From Macrostomum lignano (lineage: Eukaryota), in the NCBI GenBank assembly GCA_002269645.1, contig NIVC01002550.1:1-64000 (forward strand): a stretch of 64,000 bases of DNA, in the 5' to 3' direction. The notes beneath the pieces were generated by a model. It was not told the origin of the DNA and did no database searches. It saw only the letters and a program-made list of their open reading frames with translations. Position 1 is the first letter of the stretch. The number at the start of each line of letters is the position of its first letter. This document shows positions 24,635 to 34,945 of this stretch, one piece after another. Made by a program: the position numbers and the translations under genes.

Positions 24635-26020
24635 GTGACATTGCTACAAACGATACTGCTGACTAGATTCTAGAGCTTAACATTAGAACCAATGCTAATA
24701 GATAAATATTTTTCTTAATAGCTTTATTGTTTTATTGTATTTTAAATCCAAAGTTGATAAAGTTTATATAACATAATAACATAACATAATATAACATATT
24801 CAATATTAAATTAACTCATTTATAATTTAGCCAACAATATTCAAAGCAAAGGGAAACAATATGATATATTTTTATATGTTGTGCTAGTAACAATCTAAAG
24901 AGGTACTATGAAATTTAGCTTTAAGGACATAATTTTAACTGCAGATTTTAACATTTTAACTGTGATTTTGTACTATATTTCATGTGAATTTTATTGCAAT
25001 CTTTTTATCTTAAAGTCAAGAAGATAGCATTTTTCATGGAAAATTCTAGTCTAAAAGGTTGGACATTTGCTATGCTGATACATTCTGGCACAATAGCAGG
25101 CAAGGAAGAAAAATTTAGCACAGTATAGTGCAAGACAATAAAAATTGACACAATTTGATATAACACAAAACTTCCTAGTGCATGAGTATATGATATTTTC
25201 TTTGACAGAAAATTAGCATATAATTTCTTTTTATTAGCATTCTTTGTTTGCTAGTGTATTGACAACTTCTTAATAAATTTATTATAACATTGCATTTTCT
25301 ATGAAACAAATTCAAAAACAAGTTTTGTTAGTATTTTTCAAATAGAAAATTATTAATTTTTGTGTTTTTTTCAAAAAAGTTATGGTACATAGTGCAATCA
25401 AACTTTTTTGATTGATGTGTTCTGGCTAGGCATGCCATGATCTTGACTATGATTTTCATCTGCTATTTTTTTCACTTTTCACTTTTTACAAAAAACATGG
25501 AGAAACTTATAATCCTGAAAATGGCCTTTATGTTGGAAAATTCTAGCATATTTTTGCTATTGCTAACAATTTTGGTGTACACTTGGCATATAGAATTTTT
25601 AGGTTTAAAATGAAGTGTATATAGTTGGCCTACAAAAAATAGCAAAGTTCAGGGCTAATGTAATTGTGTAGTTAGATATTAACCAATATAAAATCTAGGT
25701 TTTTTTGTGCAAATGGGTGCAAATAGCATCCTGGTCTTAAAAATTGCACCCTAAAATTTGACTCAGGGTGCGAAAAGCGCACTAGAATTTTTTGCAAGGA
25801 TGCGATACATATTTCACAATTTAGTGTTATGGACATGCAGCGCATTCTGGTCTTGAAAATTGCACCCTGAAATCTAGCACAGGGTGCAAAATTGCACCCA
25901 AGTTATGGACGAAAAAAACCCAGCATAAAATCTTTTAAAAATAATTGGAAACTAAAATAAAAAACATTAATGCAATTTATAAGAGAAACAAAATTAAAAC
26001 AAAGTTATTGAAACAGCAGC

Positions 26021-26272
26021 TGTTAAAGAAATAATTAAGTCTAATAAAATCTGAGGGTTAGACTTTAACAAAAAAACAGGTAAATGAGCCCTGTGGCTAA
26101 ATTATTGCTTATATATTAAATCGATGTTCTCTCTCTCCAACTCTCTAACTCATCAACGCCTCACGCACATCAACCCCACCCCAACACACTCTGAGACGGG
26201 GACCGCCAAGTGTACACTGGCGACGCTACACATAGCAGAGGGTCGGTACGCAGGCACTCCAAATCCAACACA
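26021..26272 (-). repeat. 3' LTR of the BEL/Pao element
   Basis: Direct repeat of 32164-32415, adjacent to the PPT. Confidence 0.95.
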
Positions 26273-26623
26273 CTCCCCCTAATGATGCTTCATCATTACA
26301 GTACTTAACATTGATATTCGAAAAAGAAACTCGCCATTAACTTAAATGAAATTAAACGAAACGAATAGCAAAAAACAAATGAACAACAAAAAACGCTCCA
26401 ACATTACAACAGACTTGATGACTAAAAATGTGACACACCATCACCAGAGTACTGAGTTAACGAAAAAGTAGGAACAAAGGGAAAACGAAACTCAAAAAAA
26501 TCCAATCAGCGCTAAGGAGCTCAAAAGGTAAGATTGAAAGGGAGTGAAAATTACTGCGAACTAAAACTAAACAGAAACTCGAAACAACGATTAGAACAGT
26601 CATTGAAAGTCAGTTACTTAAGT

Positions 26624-29600
26624 TCATTCAGTCACAGCTTCCAGCAAAATCAGGTTCTCCACCGGTCGGCGAATCAAGCATCTCCTGGGACCGCGGCCAG
26701 GTCTGGGCGCGACTCGAACCGTTGCAGATCTCACCGCCCCGTCTCGGCCAGGATGCACCGACTCGATGACACCGGTACACCAGGTAAGCCTCGGCTGCCC
26801 GGCCTCACCTTTCACCAGGACGATGTCGCCGGCCGTCGCTTCTCGAGTTACGCCATGCTTGGGACTTAGATTATGTTCTCGCAGGCTGGTCAGATACTGT
26901 CGCTCCCAGCAGTCCCAGAAGGCTTGCAGTCTGGCGCGCATTCGCCTCAGCAGTGTTGGCAACGGCAGCAGGAGCTCGGGCGTACCGCTAGAAGTTGGCT
27001 CCGCCGTCAGCCGTTGCAGGACCAGAAAGTGCGCCGGCGTCAGGACTTCTCCGTTGGTTTCGGCATCCACGTAGAGTAGAGGCCGACTGTTGAGCACCGC
27101 TTCCACCTCCATTAGCACTGTCCGCAGTTCGTCCAGCGTCAGGGTTGCGTTGAGGATGGTCTTGCGCAAAGCCAGCTTGATGTCCCTCATCAGTCGCTCC
27201 CAGAAGCCTCCTTGCCACGGTGCGCGTTCGACGATGAATTGCCAGGTGATTTTCCTGGTGGCGCAGAAGTCTTGAACTTGTCGACTCTCCGACGCCTGAA
27301 GTATTTTGGCAGCCTTGGTGAATGTCTTGGCGTTGTCACTGATGAGATTGGGAATTCCTCTCCGAGCACAGAACCGTCGGAGGGCTCGCAGGAAGGTCTC
27401 GGTCGTCAAGTCGCTCACCAGTTCCAGGTGAAGGGCTCGCGTGGCCGCACAGGTGAAAACCAGGATATAGCCTTTCTCGATCTCTGTGTCCTCCATCAGT
27501 TTGACAGGTCCGCAGTAGTCGAGTCCGCACCACTCAAAGGCTCTCCCAGACTTCACGCGTGCTTCAGGTAAGGCTGGGATTTGCTTCACTGCATATGGTA
27601 GTCCTTGAAGACGTCTGCAGACAAAGCAACTTCTCAGGATCGACTTGACTCGCTGTCTTCCTCTGATTAGCCAGAATCTCTCTCGCAGCTTACAAAGAGT
27701 GCTGGGCACTCCCCCGTGCAGAACCTTGGCGTGAGCGTCCCAGATGAGAAGAAGCTCCAGGTGTGACTTGCTCGGGATCAGAATCGGACAGTCAACCTCG
27801 GCAGAGGCGTTGGACTCCTTCAATCGACCTTGGCTTCGGAGAATACTCTTGTTGTCGAGAAAAAGATTCAACTGCCTGCTGAGATCTGTACTGGCCGCTG
27901 ACTCCTGAATGTGAGCAATTTCGGCTTGAAAACTCCGTCTCTGCACTTCTCGCAGCCAGCGCTCTTCAACTTCAAGGACTTCTGCTGCAGCCAGTGGTCC
28001 CACTCGCTCCTCCCCCGCTGCAGAAGTTCTAGCTTGCAGGTTTCTGACGAAGCGTAGGACATAGGCTGTCACCCGAATCAGCTTGATCCAGGATGAGAAG
28101 TTCGTGTCATTGAGAACTTCCTGTAGACTGATGTCAGGACCGGCTTCAGTTAGCAGAACAACTGGACGGTTCACTTGTGTCTTTTGCTCCTCGGCAACTG
28201 CCGCTGTCGGTAAGCTGAGAAAGGATTGGTCGGGCCAATCGTCAGGAGGTCGTGCCAGCCAGTCTGGACCGTGCCACCAGCTGTCGTCCGCCTTCAACTT
28301 GCTCGCTGATGTTCCTCGAGATGCAACGTCCGCCGGATTCTCCTCGCCTGGGACATGTCTCCAGGCATCCTCTGGCACCAGGCGGCGGATCTCCGTCACC
28401 CGATTATGAACAAAGAGCTTCCAGGGTCTGTGCTGCCGGATCCAGTAGAGCGTGTCGGCACTGTCTGTCCAGCAAAACACCTGGCGAACATGAGGATACT
28501 GACTCATGGATGATGTCAACAGTCTGGCGAGTATCAAGGCACCCAGGAGTTCGAGCCGAGGAATTGAAAGAACCGACAGTGGAGCCACTCTCGCCTTGGC
28601 GGCCACCAGGTTGCAGCTGACGGAACCATCGGTGTACTGCACTCGCAGGTAAAGACACGCCGCATAGCATTTGATTGACGCATCACAGAACCCATGCAGC
28701 TGTATCTCCTCGACCTCCTTCGTCGCCGAAAGCACCAACCTTGGAACTTGAAATCGACCTGCCAGCATCTCCTGCAACCACTTCAGCCACTGCTGCTTAA
28801 TCGGCTCCTTTAGCGGGCAGTCCCAAGCGATCTTTTCAACGCACAGCTTCTGGAACATCGATTTCGGCAACGTAAGCAGCGGAACCAGGAAGCCCAGAGG
28901 ATCGTAGACACGGGCCAGCAGCTGTAGCACGACACGCTTGGAGGGCGACGCCTTGAGCAAATCTTCTGGCGGAGAAAACTGCAGCACGAACACGTCCGAT
29001 CCTGTCTCCCATCGCAGCCCGAGGACTTTTGACGATACGCCATCTTCGCCCAAGGAGGCGGCTGAATAGCTGGAGGGGTCCTCCGTGATGTCCTTTGTCA
29101 CCGCCGACAACGCCGGAGCAAGAACATCACTGTCTAGTGTGCTGGCGCGAACCGCTTTCAATACATTCTTGCTGTTGGACTGCCAGTGTCGCAGATTCAT
29201 TCCAGCCTGTTGGAATATGTGCCGGGATTTTTGGATGAGATCCAGGGCCTGCTGTTCATCCACGCACCCAGAGATCAGGTTGTCCACATAGATTTCTTTG
29301 GACACCTTATCCACGAACTCTGCATGCTGGCCTCGGTGAGATGCCAAGTGGTGTTGAATGACAGTCTCCAGGACGGCAGGTGAGCAGGTGAGTCCGAACA
29401 CCAGAGCAGCGTAGCGCAGAACAACGAGAGGTGAATCAGCTTGACTGGGATCCCGTGGCCAGAGGAATCGTAGAGCATCGCGATCGTCTTCTGCAATTCG
29501 GATCTGCAAAAAAGCCTTCTCAATATCGGCAGTCAAGGCGATCGGATGAAGTCGAAATGCCTGAAGCAGTCGCGGAATCTCGGCCAACGAACAGGTTCCT

Positions 29601-32074
29601 GTTTCCAGACAGTCATTCAGCGATGGACTGCACTGATCTCGCTTGGCACTCGCGTCGAAAACCACTCGAACTTTGGTCGATTCAGCTTCAGGACGGATTA
29701 CGGCTCGGTGGGGTAGGTAGTGGATGAGATCGCTGGTCCCATCTGGAGCTTCTTCGACTACGCCAGCTTCCTTCTGACTGGTCAGAATGCGGTGGTACTC
29801 CTGAAGTAGCGCAGGCTCACGACGCAGCCTCGTCAGATTGGTCTTTAGTCTCTTGAACGCTACCTCGAAGTTGTCGGGCAATCTTAATTCCTTTTTGGGA
29901 ATCTTCCACGGCAGCTGAACTGAGTAGCGACCCTCTTGGAACTGGGCATTCAGAGTCAGTGGACGCTGATCAGGCTCGGCTGCACTTCTGATGCCGAGAC
30001 CTTCTAAAGTCCAGAACGCCTCGATGGTGCTGCTGTCCAGACCTTTCTCCGCTCCTTGAGCACAGCAGAGAAGAACCTGCTCTGACCTGGTCTCTAGCTC
30101 ACTTGCGGCGATCCCATCTGACAGTGACCCGCACAGCAACCAACCGAGCTGACTGGATACGGCAACTGGACCGGAGCCGACCTCTGAGCGAATCACTTGA
30201 CCTGTGACGAGGTCGTAGAATTGGTCAGCTCCGATGAGGATACTGATCTCGGGATTCTGTTCACCACCGATGTCCCAGTCTGCCATGTCGAGGTGTTGAA
30301 AGTGCTTCATGCACAAGCTGCTGACAACTGGCTGATGAGAGCAGATGTAAGGCACTGTGTTGGCGCGCACTGTGAACTGGGCGGTGCTGTCAGATTTCCG
30401 AAGCTTGAACTCGACCATCGCAGTCTGCAGCACCTTGGCCTCTGTGCCACCGAATGTTGTCACCTCCATCGTCTCTCTGCCCATGACCTGGAGCCCCATC
30501 TTCTCAGCCAAGCTGGTCAAGATGAACGAACGGTTGCTTGCAGAGTCAAAGAGAATTCGCACCGGAGTCTCCTGATTGTTAACAGTCGAAATCAGTACAG
30601 CTCCCGCTGTTGGAAGGATCACTGTTTGAGCTTTTGTCACCATAGCCATGGTCTTCACTTCTTGACTCTTCACATTCTGTGCAGCAGCCTGCTCGGACTT
30701 CTTCCGGTCTTCTCCCACCTTTCCAAGTGTGGAGCCGGGTGCCTTCGGTCCATCCTTACCCTGCAGCTTCTCCATGCGTGCGCTACAGAGACTTGGGTGA
30801 TGCTTCATCTGGCAGAATTCACATTGCTTCTTGTGGTAGCAGGTCTTGACGCTGTGTCCCTTGCAGAGACAGCTGAAGCAACGCCTCTGCTCCTTCAAAA
30901 ACTGGAGTCGTGCCGCAACGTCTACCAGGCGAGTGCACTTCTCTGGAGCATGTTCAGTTTCGCAGAAGGGACAAGCCGTGCTGACCTTTTTGACCTTCGT
31001 GTGAAGCGCAGCCACTGTGCCGCCATCCCTTGTCTGTTTCTCACCAGCAGTCTTGGACGCTCCATTGGAACCGGACGTCTGCCCTCCAGCTCCAACGGCC
31101 GCCTCCTCCCGGACTAAAATCTCCATTTCCAAGACCTGCAGAAACTCCGTCACAGAATCTAAGCCATTGCCATCCCTCATCTGCGACAAGCTGCTACCAA
31201 AGGAATAACCGACGGAAGCAATCCGAGCAGTTCTCAGCATCCCGAGACGAACGACTTCCGGCAGCTTCGCCAGCAAGTTGGGCAGCAACATGGACTCGTA
31301 AGATTCGACACTCGCCCCGAGATTCGTCAGACTGCGGACATTTCCATTGACTTGGTCGTAGAAATTCCTCAGGTGCTGTGCCGACGAACTGGAGCAGGTC
31401 AGCACCGAGAACTTTGCCAGGTGCTCGCGCACGGCTCCGTTGCGGGATCCAAATCGTCGTTGCAGGTTGTCGATGGCGATATGGTAGTTGTCCTTCGTGA
31501 TGTTGAGACCAGCGATCGAGTTTCGGGCTTCCCCAGACAGACACGACTGCAGGTAGCTGAATTTGTCGACGACACTCAGGCTCGGGTTGTCATGGATACT
31601 GGAGTTGAAGCGGTCCCAGAATTCCGTCCATTGGGTCCGATCGCCACTGAATGACGGTGGCGGCAGTTTTGGCAACCTGATGGCAGTCTGAGTCCTTGTT
31701 GTTGAAGAATTCTCTTCCGAAGACTTGGACGAAGTCGTCGTCTGTATGGCTGTATTCTGCAGCAGATTTGTTGCCTGCGGCGTGCCGGTCCGCGCGGTCT
31801 GAAGCTCCTGGAGCCGTCTGGTGAGGTTCGAGATCAATTTGCCAGCCAGCAGGTCGTACTCCATTGTCGTCTCTGCTTCAGCCTGCACGTCCTTCTCGTC
31901 AACCTCCGCGGCGAGCTCTTCATCTGCTGCTTGGAGCTGCTGCTTCTTGAACCGTAGAGCCTCTAGAACGCTGTCGATTTCATCTTCAGCAGCATCTGTT
32001 TTGAGCAGGTCTTCGGCTTTCTGTGCCAGTCTGGTGACCGTCGCTCGTAACACGCCTCTCTTCCTGGAGTCCAT
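26624..32074 (-). CDS. BEL/Pao Gag-Pol polyprotein (first ATG 32074; ORF open from 32128)
   Basis: Gag WTEFWDRF; three zinc knuckles (CPFCETEHAPEKC, CFSCLCKGHSVKTC, CEFCQMKHHPSLC); protease LFDSASNRSFI; RT ADIEKAFLQI / YVDN; RNase H LHGFCDAS; integrase GLDYCGP / SDNAKTF / WERLMR. Confidence 0.95.
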   Translation of the reverse strand: MDSRKRGVLRATVTRLAQKAEDLLKTDAAEDEIDSVLEALRFKKQQLQAADEELAAEVDEKDVQAEAETTMEYDLLAGKLISNLTRRLQELQTARTGTPQATNLLQNTAIQTTTSSKSSEENSSTTRTQTAIRLPKLPPPSFSGDRTQWTEFWDRFNSSIHDNPSLSVVDKFSYLQSCLSGEARNSIAGLNITKDNYHIAIDNLQRRFGSRNGAVREHLAKFSVLTCSSSSAQHLRNFYDQVNGNVRSLTNLGASVESYESMLLPNLLAKLPEVVRLGMLRTARIASVGYSFGSSLSQMRDGNGLDSVTEFLQVLEMEILVREEAAVGAGGQTSGSNGASKTAGEKQTRDGGTVAALHTKVKKVSTACPFCETEHAPEKCTRLVDVAARLQFLKEQRRCFSCLCKGHSVKTCYHKKQCEFCQMKHHPSLCSARMEKLQGKDGPKAPGSTLGKVGEDRKKSEQAAAQNVKSQEVKTMAMVTKAQTVILPTAGAVLISTVNNQETPVRILFDSASNRSFILTSLAEKMGLQVMGRETMEVTTFGGTEAKVLQTAMVEFKLRKSDSTAQFTVRANTVPYICSHQPVVSSLCMKHFQHLDMADWDIGGEQNPEISILIGADQFYDLVTGQVIRSEVGSGPVAVSSQLGWLLCGSLSDGIAASELETRSEQVLLCCAQGAEKGLDSSTIEAFWTLEGLGIRSAAEPDQRPLTLNAQFQEGRYSVQLPWKIPKKELRLPDNFEVAFKRLKTNLTRLRREPALLQEYHRILTSQKEAGVVEEAPDGTSDLIHYLPHRAVIRPEAESTKVRVVFDASAKRDQCSPSLNDCLETGTCSLAEIPRLLQAFRLHPIALTADIEKAFLQIRIAEDDRDALRFLWPRDPSQADSPLVVLRYAALVFGLTCSPAVLETVIQHHLASHRGQHAEFVDKVSKEIYVDNLISGCVDEQQALDLIQKSRHIFQQAGMNLRHWQSNSKNVLKAVRASTLDSDVLAPALSAVTKDITEDPSSYSAASLGEDGVSSKVLGLRWETGSDVFVLQFSPPEDLLKASPSKRVVLQLLARVYDPLGFLVPLLTLPKSMFQKLCVEKIAWDCPLKEPIKQQWLKWLQEMLAGRFQVPRLVLSATKEVEEIQLHGFCDASIKCYAACLYLRVQYTDGSVSCNLVAAKARVAPLSVLSIPRLELLGALILARLLTSSMSQYPHVRQVFCWTDSADTLYWIRQHRPWKLFVHNRVTEIRRLVPEDAWRHVPGEENPADVASRGTSASKLKADDSWWHGPDWLARPPDDWPDQSFLSLPTAAVAEEQKTQVNRPVVLLTEAGPDISLQEVLNDTNFSSWIKLIRVTAYVLRFVRNLQARTSAAGEERVGPLAAAEVLEVEERWLREVQRRSFQAEIAHIQESAASTDLSRQLNLFLDNKSILRSQGRLKESNASAEVDCPILIPSKSHLELLLIWDAHAKVLHGGVPSTLCKLRERFWLIRGRQRVKSILRSCFVCRRLQGLPYAVKQIPALPEARVKSGRAFEWCGLDYCGPVKLMEDTEIEKGYILVFTCAATRALHLELVSDLTTETFLRALRRFCARRGIPNLISDNAKTFTKAAKILQASESRQVQDFCATRKITWQFIVERAPWQGGFWERLMRDIKLALRKTILNATLTLDELRTVLMEVEAVLNSRPLLYVDAETNGEVLTPAHFLVLQRLTAEPTSSGTPELLLPLPTLLRRMRARLQAFWDCWERQYLTSLREHNLSPKHGVTREATAGDIVLVKGEAGQPRLTWCTGVIESVHPGRDGAVRSATVRVAPRPGRGPRRCLIRRPVENLILLEAVTE

Positions 32075-32163
32075 GCTGTTGTTGAAAAATCGCTGAGTCA
32101 CTGTAGCACTCTTGGCTCTTGCGCTCACTGCTTGATTTTACTGTGATTTTGGTTCGGGCGCCA

Positions 32164-32415
32164 TGTTAAAGAAATAATTAAGTCTAATAAAATCTGAGGG
32201 TTAGACTTTAACAAAAAAACAGGTAAATGAGCCCTGTGGCTAAATTATTGCTTATATATTAAATCGATGTTTTCTCTCTCCAACTCTCTAACTCATCAAC
32301 GCCTCACGCACATCAACCCCACCCCAACACACTCTGAGACGGGGACCGCCAAGTGTACACTGGCGACGCTACACATAGCAGAGGGTCGGTACGCAGGCAC
32401 TCCAAATCCAACACA
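32164..32415 (-). repeat. 5' LTR of the BEL/Pao element
   Basis: Direct repeat of 26021-26272, adjacent to the PBS. Confidence 0.95.
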
Positions 32416-33271
32416 GCAGCCATTATCAAGTTTAATATAACTTTTATATTTATAATATTATATATGTTTTTAAAAATTTGTGTAGAAACAATTCTGGACT
32501 TATTGTAATTATTTTTTATGTTGAAGTGTAGCTTGTCTAACAAATGCCCAGATTTCCAGTGAGTCTGACATAAACTCTCACTGAAGACTCACTGGAAATC
32601 TGGGTTAGTTAGGTGCCTTCTTCATAGAGCCAACGAGGTGAGCAGTTCTTGGAGTTTATTTCACCAAGAGGTTCGTGCCCTGACTAAATTCCTTAGATCT
32701 AATGGTTACCCTTTCAGTTTTGTCAGCCATATTATCAATGTGTTTGTCACTAAGAAAGTTTCTAGCGATGCGAAACCTAGGCAACCAGAGATAGATTCTT
32801 GGGACACTCTGTTGGTTCTCCTATTTTTTGGCAACGCTTCGCTTGACTTCAGGAAAAACTTAAGAAAATGTTTAGCAAATGGCTTAAGTACACCATTAGG
32901 ATTGTGTTTTGCACCGAAAAGATCAGTCGCTATGCCAGCAGGCTCAAGTCAGCTGTTCCACTTGCTCTAAGGGCTGGTGTTGTTTACCAATTTCGCTGCT
33001 CTGAGGATCAGAGCATTTCTTACATTAGAAAAACAAAGCGACACCTACATACTAGAGCTAGGGAACATTGGCTAAAAAGCTCTGCAATTAATGACCATCT
33101 GCTTGTTTGTAAAAAATGCTATGATGGTAAACCAATTCAGCTCTTTACAGTGCTGGATGGGTGCAAATTTGACCATAAGCTTAAGATTATCGAAGCTTCG
33201 TATATCAGAATGCACAAACCCAACCTGAATGTGCAGCTTGTTGGCAATGGGGTGGAACGTGAGCTAAGAGT

Positions 33272-33658
33272 TAGAGGTCGGACGGGATCCCAAAATCTTG
33301 GGATCCCGAGGAAAATTGAATTCCCGTGGGACCAGAATCCCGACCCTAAAAAACTTGAGATTCAGGAACAGGTCTTTCAATTAATAATTTATAGAATTAG
33401 TGATTACTTGAAGGTATTTTGCTTTAACTTGTACTTGTTACATTATTTACTTTGTTGGTTACAAAACTTCATATCAATTTTGTTGTGTTTTACTTCTTGA
33501 TCTTGACAATCTTTTCTCAATTTTGTTTAACTTTACATGGACAATACACTAAAAGACCTGATCTCAATTCCTGAATCCCGATCCTGATCCTAATCCCAAG
33601 AAAAAAGTTATTCCCAATCCCAATCCCGCCCAAAGATTTCAATCCCGTCCAACCTCTA
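33272..33658. mobile_element. hAT-type MITE inserted in the Penelope ORF end
   Basis: TIR tagaggt(c/t)ggacggga; 8-bp TSD ctaagagt (33264-33271, 33659-33666). Confidence 0.87.
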
Positions 33659-33830
33659 CTAAGAGTATTGTGAGCAGAGCCGTGCCTATTTTTTATTATT
33701 TTTTTCTCTCTCACTTTGTTGTGTACTTGGCACTTTCTTAATTCTACTAGACTGTTTTGACCCCTCTCTAGACAATACAGTGATTTTTGCTTAAATATAT
33801 TGGTGGTATGATCTTAGGTTGATTAAATTT

Positions 33831-33868
33831 GCCTTGACGACATCTTGTGTTTGACGAAACGCATTGGC
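33831..33868 (+). ncRNA. Decayed minimal hammerhead-ribozyme-like motif at the Penelope 3' end
   Basis: gcc-TTGACGA-c-atc-ttgtgttt-gac-GAAA-cgcatt-ggc; three transitions (C3->T, GTC->ATC, CGCG->CGCA) away from a Penelope-type minimal type I hammerhead. Confidence 0.45.
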
Positions 33869-34863
33869 TTGAATTAAACAAAGTTTACTTTTTATGTTTT
33901 TGTTGACGTTTATTTTCCTACTATTTTTTATGTTGGCACCCTATAGGAAAAAGTTGTAAAATTGCAGACAGCATCTGGTGCACTTTTGGTAGCCATCAGG
34001 TTGTGCGCATTTAGCTCTAATTGCGGTAGAGCATTTGCTGGCAGCACTTCATTCGGTGGAATTATCCACAAGGGTCTTAGTGGTTGTCCAGCCATGATAC
34101 AATATGTTGTCCAAAAGAAAAAACAGATATTAGCAGCTTCTTAGCTAAAGGGAAACAGTTTAAGCCCCTTTTTGATTTTTTAAACTATTTTTTCCATAGA
34201 CAACTTGCATTTCAAGTAGCATTTAAGCGTGGCACAAATTTAATGAAAAAAGTATATTAATAGAGCGCCCATTTGCTTTAAAATTCTGTGACCAGTGAGC
34301 TCTGGCACAGTCGCTAGAATAGTTTAAAACATTGTTGTTTTTTGTTTTTTGGTTTTAAACTTTCAAATTTAAACAAAAAATAATTTCATGAACAAAACTG
34401 TACTATTGCCAAATAATAATTAAGCCTATATGATTGTAAACAAAGATGTCAAACTGATACTGACAGGCCCATGCAAGTTTATAATCTTAGTCTTATAGTT
34501 ATAATCGTACAAGCAATTGGACTTCTTTAAAGTTTATAATGATAAAATACTTTTGATTTTCCATTTTTCAAACTTTTGCCAGACCTTTATAGGATGAAAG
34601 ATAATCTAAACAGTTAGGAAATCTAATAAATGGACAAACACTAATACCATTGTCAGAAAGTTACACTAACTATCTAGAAGATTAAGAATATGATTATAAT
34701 ATATAAATTAAAATCTGTTTTTTACATAAAAATCAGTATAAAATAAGTATAAGCATTCTCATTCTACGGTTTAACTAGTAGCATTAATTCTTTTAAAGAT
34801 TTTGCGCACGTTTTTTTAGTCTTGACTTCGTTTGTATCCGCATGGGGTGACCTATGGGCTTAC

Positions 34864-34945
34864 CTTTGTCGTCGATATCATCCACAAAGTCATCGGGGTC
34901 AGTAAAGTCTTCCCCGCTTACGTCAATATCCTCTTCAGAACCCAT
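34864..34945 (-). CDS. EIF3B: EIF3B exon 1
   Basis: MGSEEDIDVSGEDFTDPDDFVDDIDDK+G followed by GTAAGC; phase 1 joins the exon at 19841 to give DDK-E-LLGDIL, matching the conserved DP.DFVDD...ELL motif. Confidence 0.9.

Larger units (their letters stand above)
26021..32415 (-). mobile_element. Full-length BEL/Pao LTR retrotransposon in EIF3B intron 1
   Basis: 252-bp TG...CA LTRs (26021-26272, 32164-32415) with one mismatch seen; 5-bp TSD gcagc; PBS TGGCGCCCGAAC (32163-32152); PPT agggggag (26280-26273); one uninterrupted ORF. Confidence 0.97.
32605..33900 (+). mobile_element. 5'-truncated Penelope-like element (RT thumb + GIY-YIG endonuclease + 3' tail), frameshifted and interrupted by a MITE
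   Basis: LVRCLLHRANEVSSSWSLFHQEV...NGYP; GVVYQFRC...YIRKTKRHLHTRAREH...KIIEASYIRMHKPNLNVQL; the ORF end ERELRVL* is restored on removing 33272-33666. Confidence 0.82.

Noticed and set aside
25698-25920. Internally duplicated, palindrome-rich segment (aattgcaccc...gggtgc)
   Set aside because: Probably a MITE remnant, but its ends and TSD cannot be defined.
26534-32096. Many short ORFs overlapping the BEL polyprotein on either strand
   Set aside because: Shadow ORFs of a GC-rich coding sequence; no independent motifs.
32547-32604. Hammerhead ribozyme (contains CTGAAGA and GAAA)
   Set aside because: Stem III could form, but stems I and II cannot in the required register; a simple hairpin explains the sequence.
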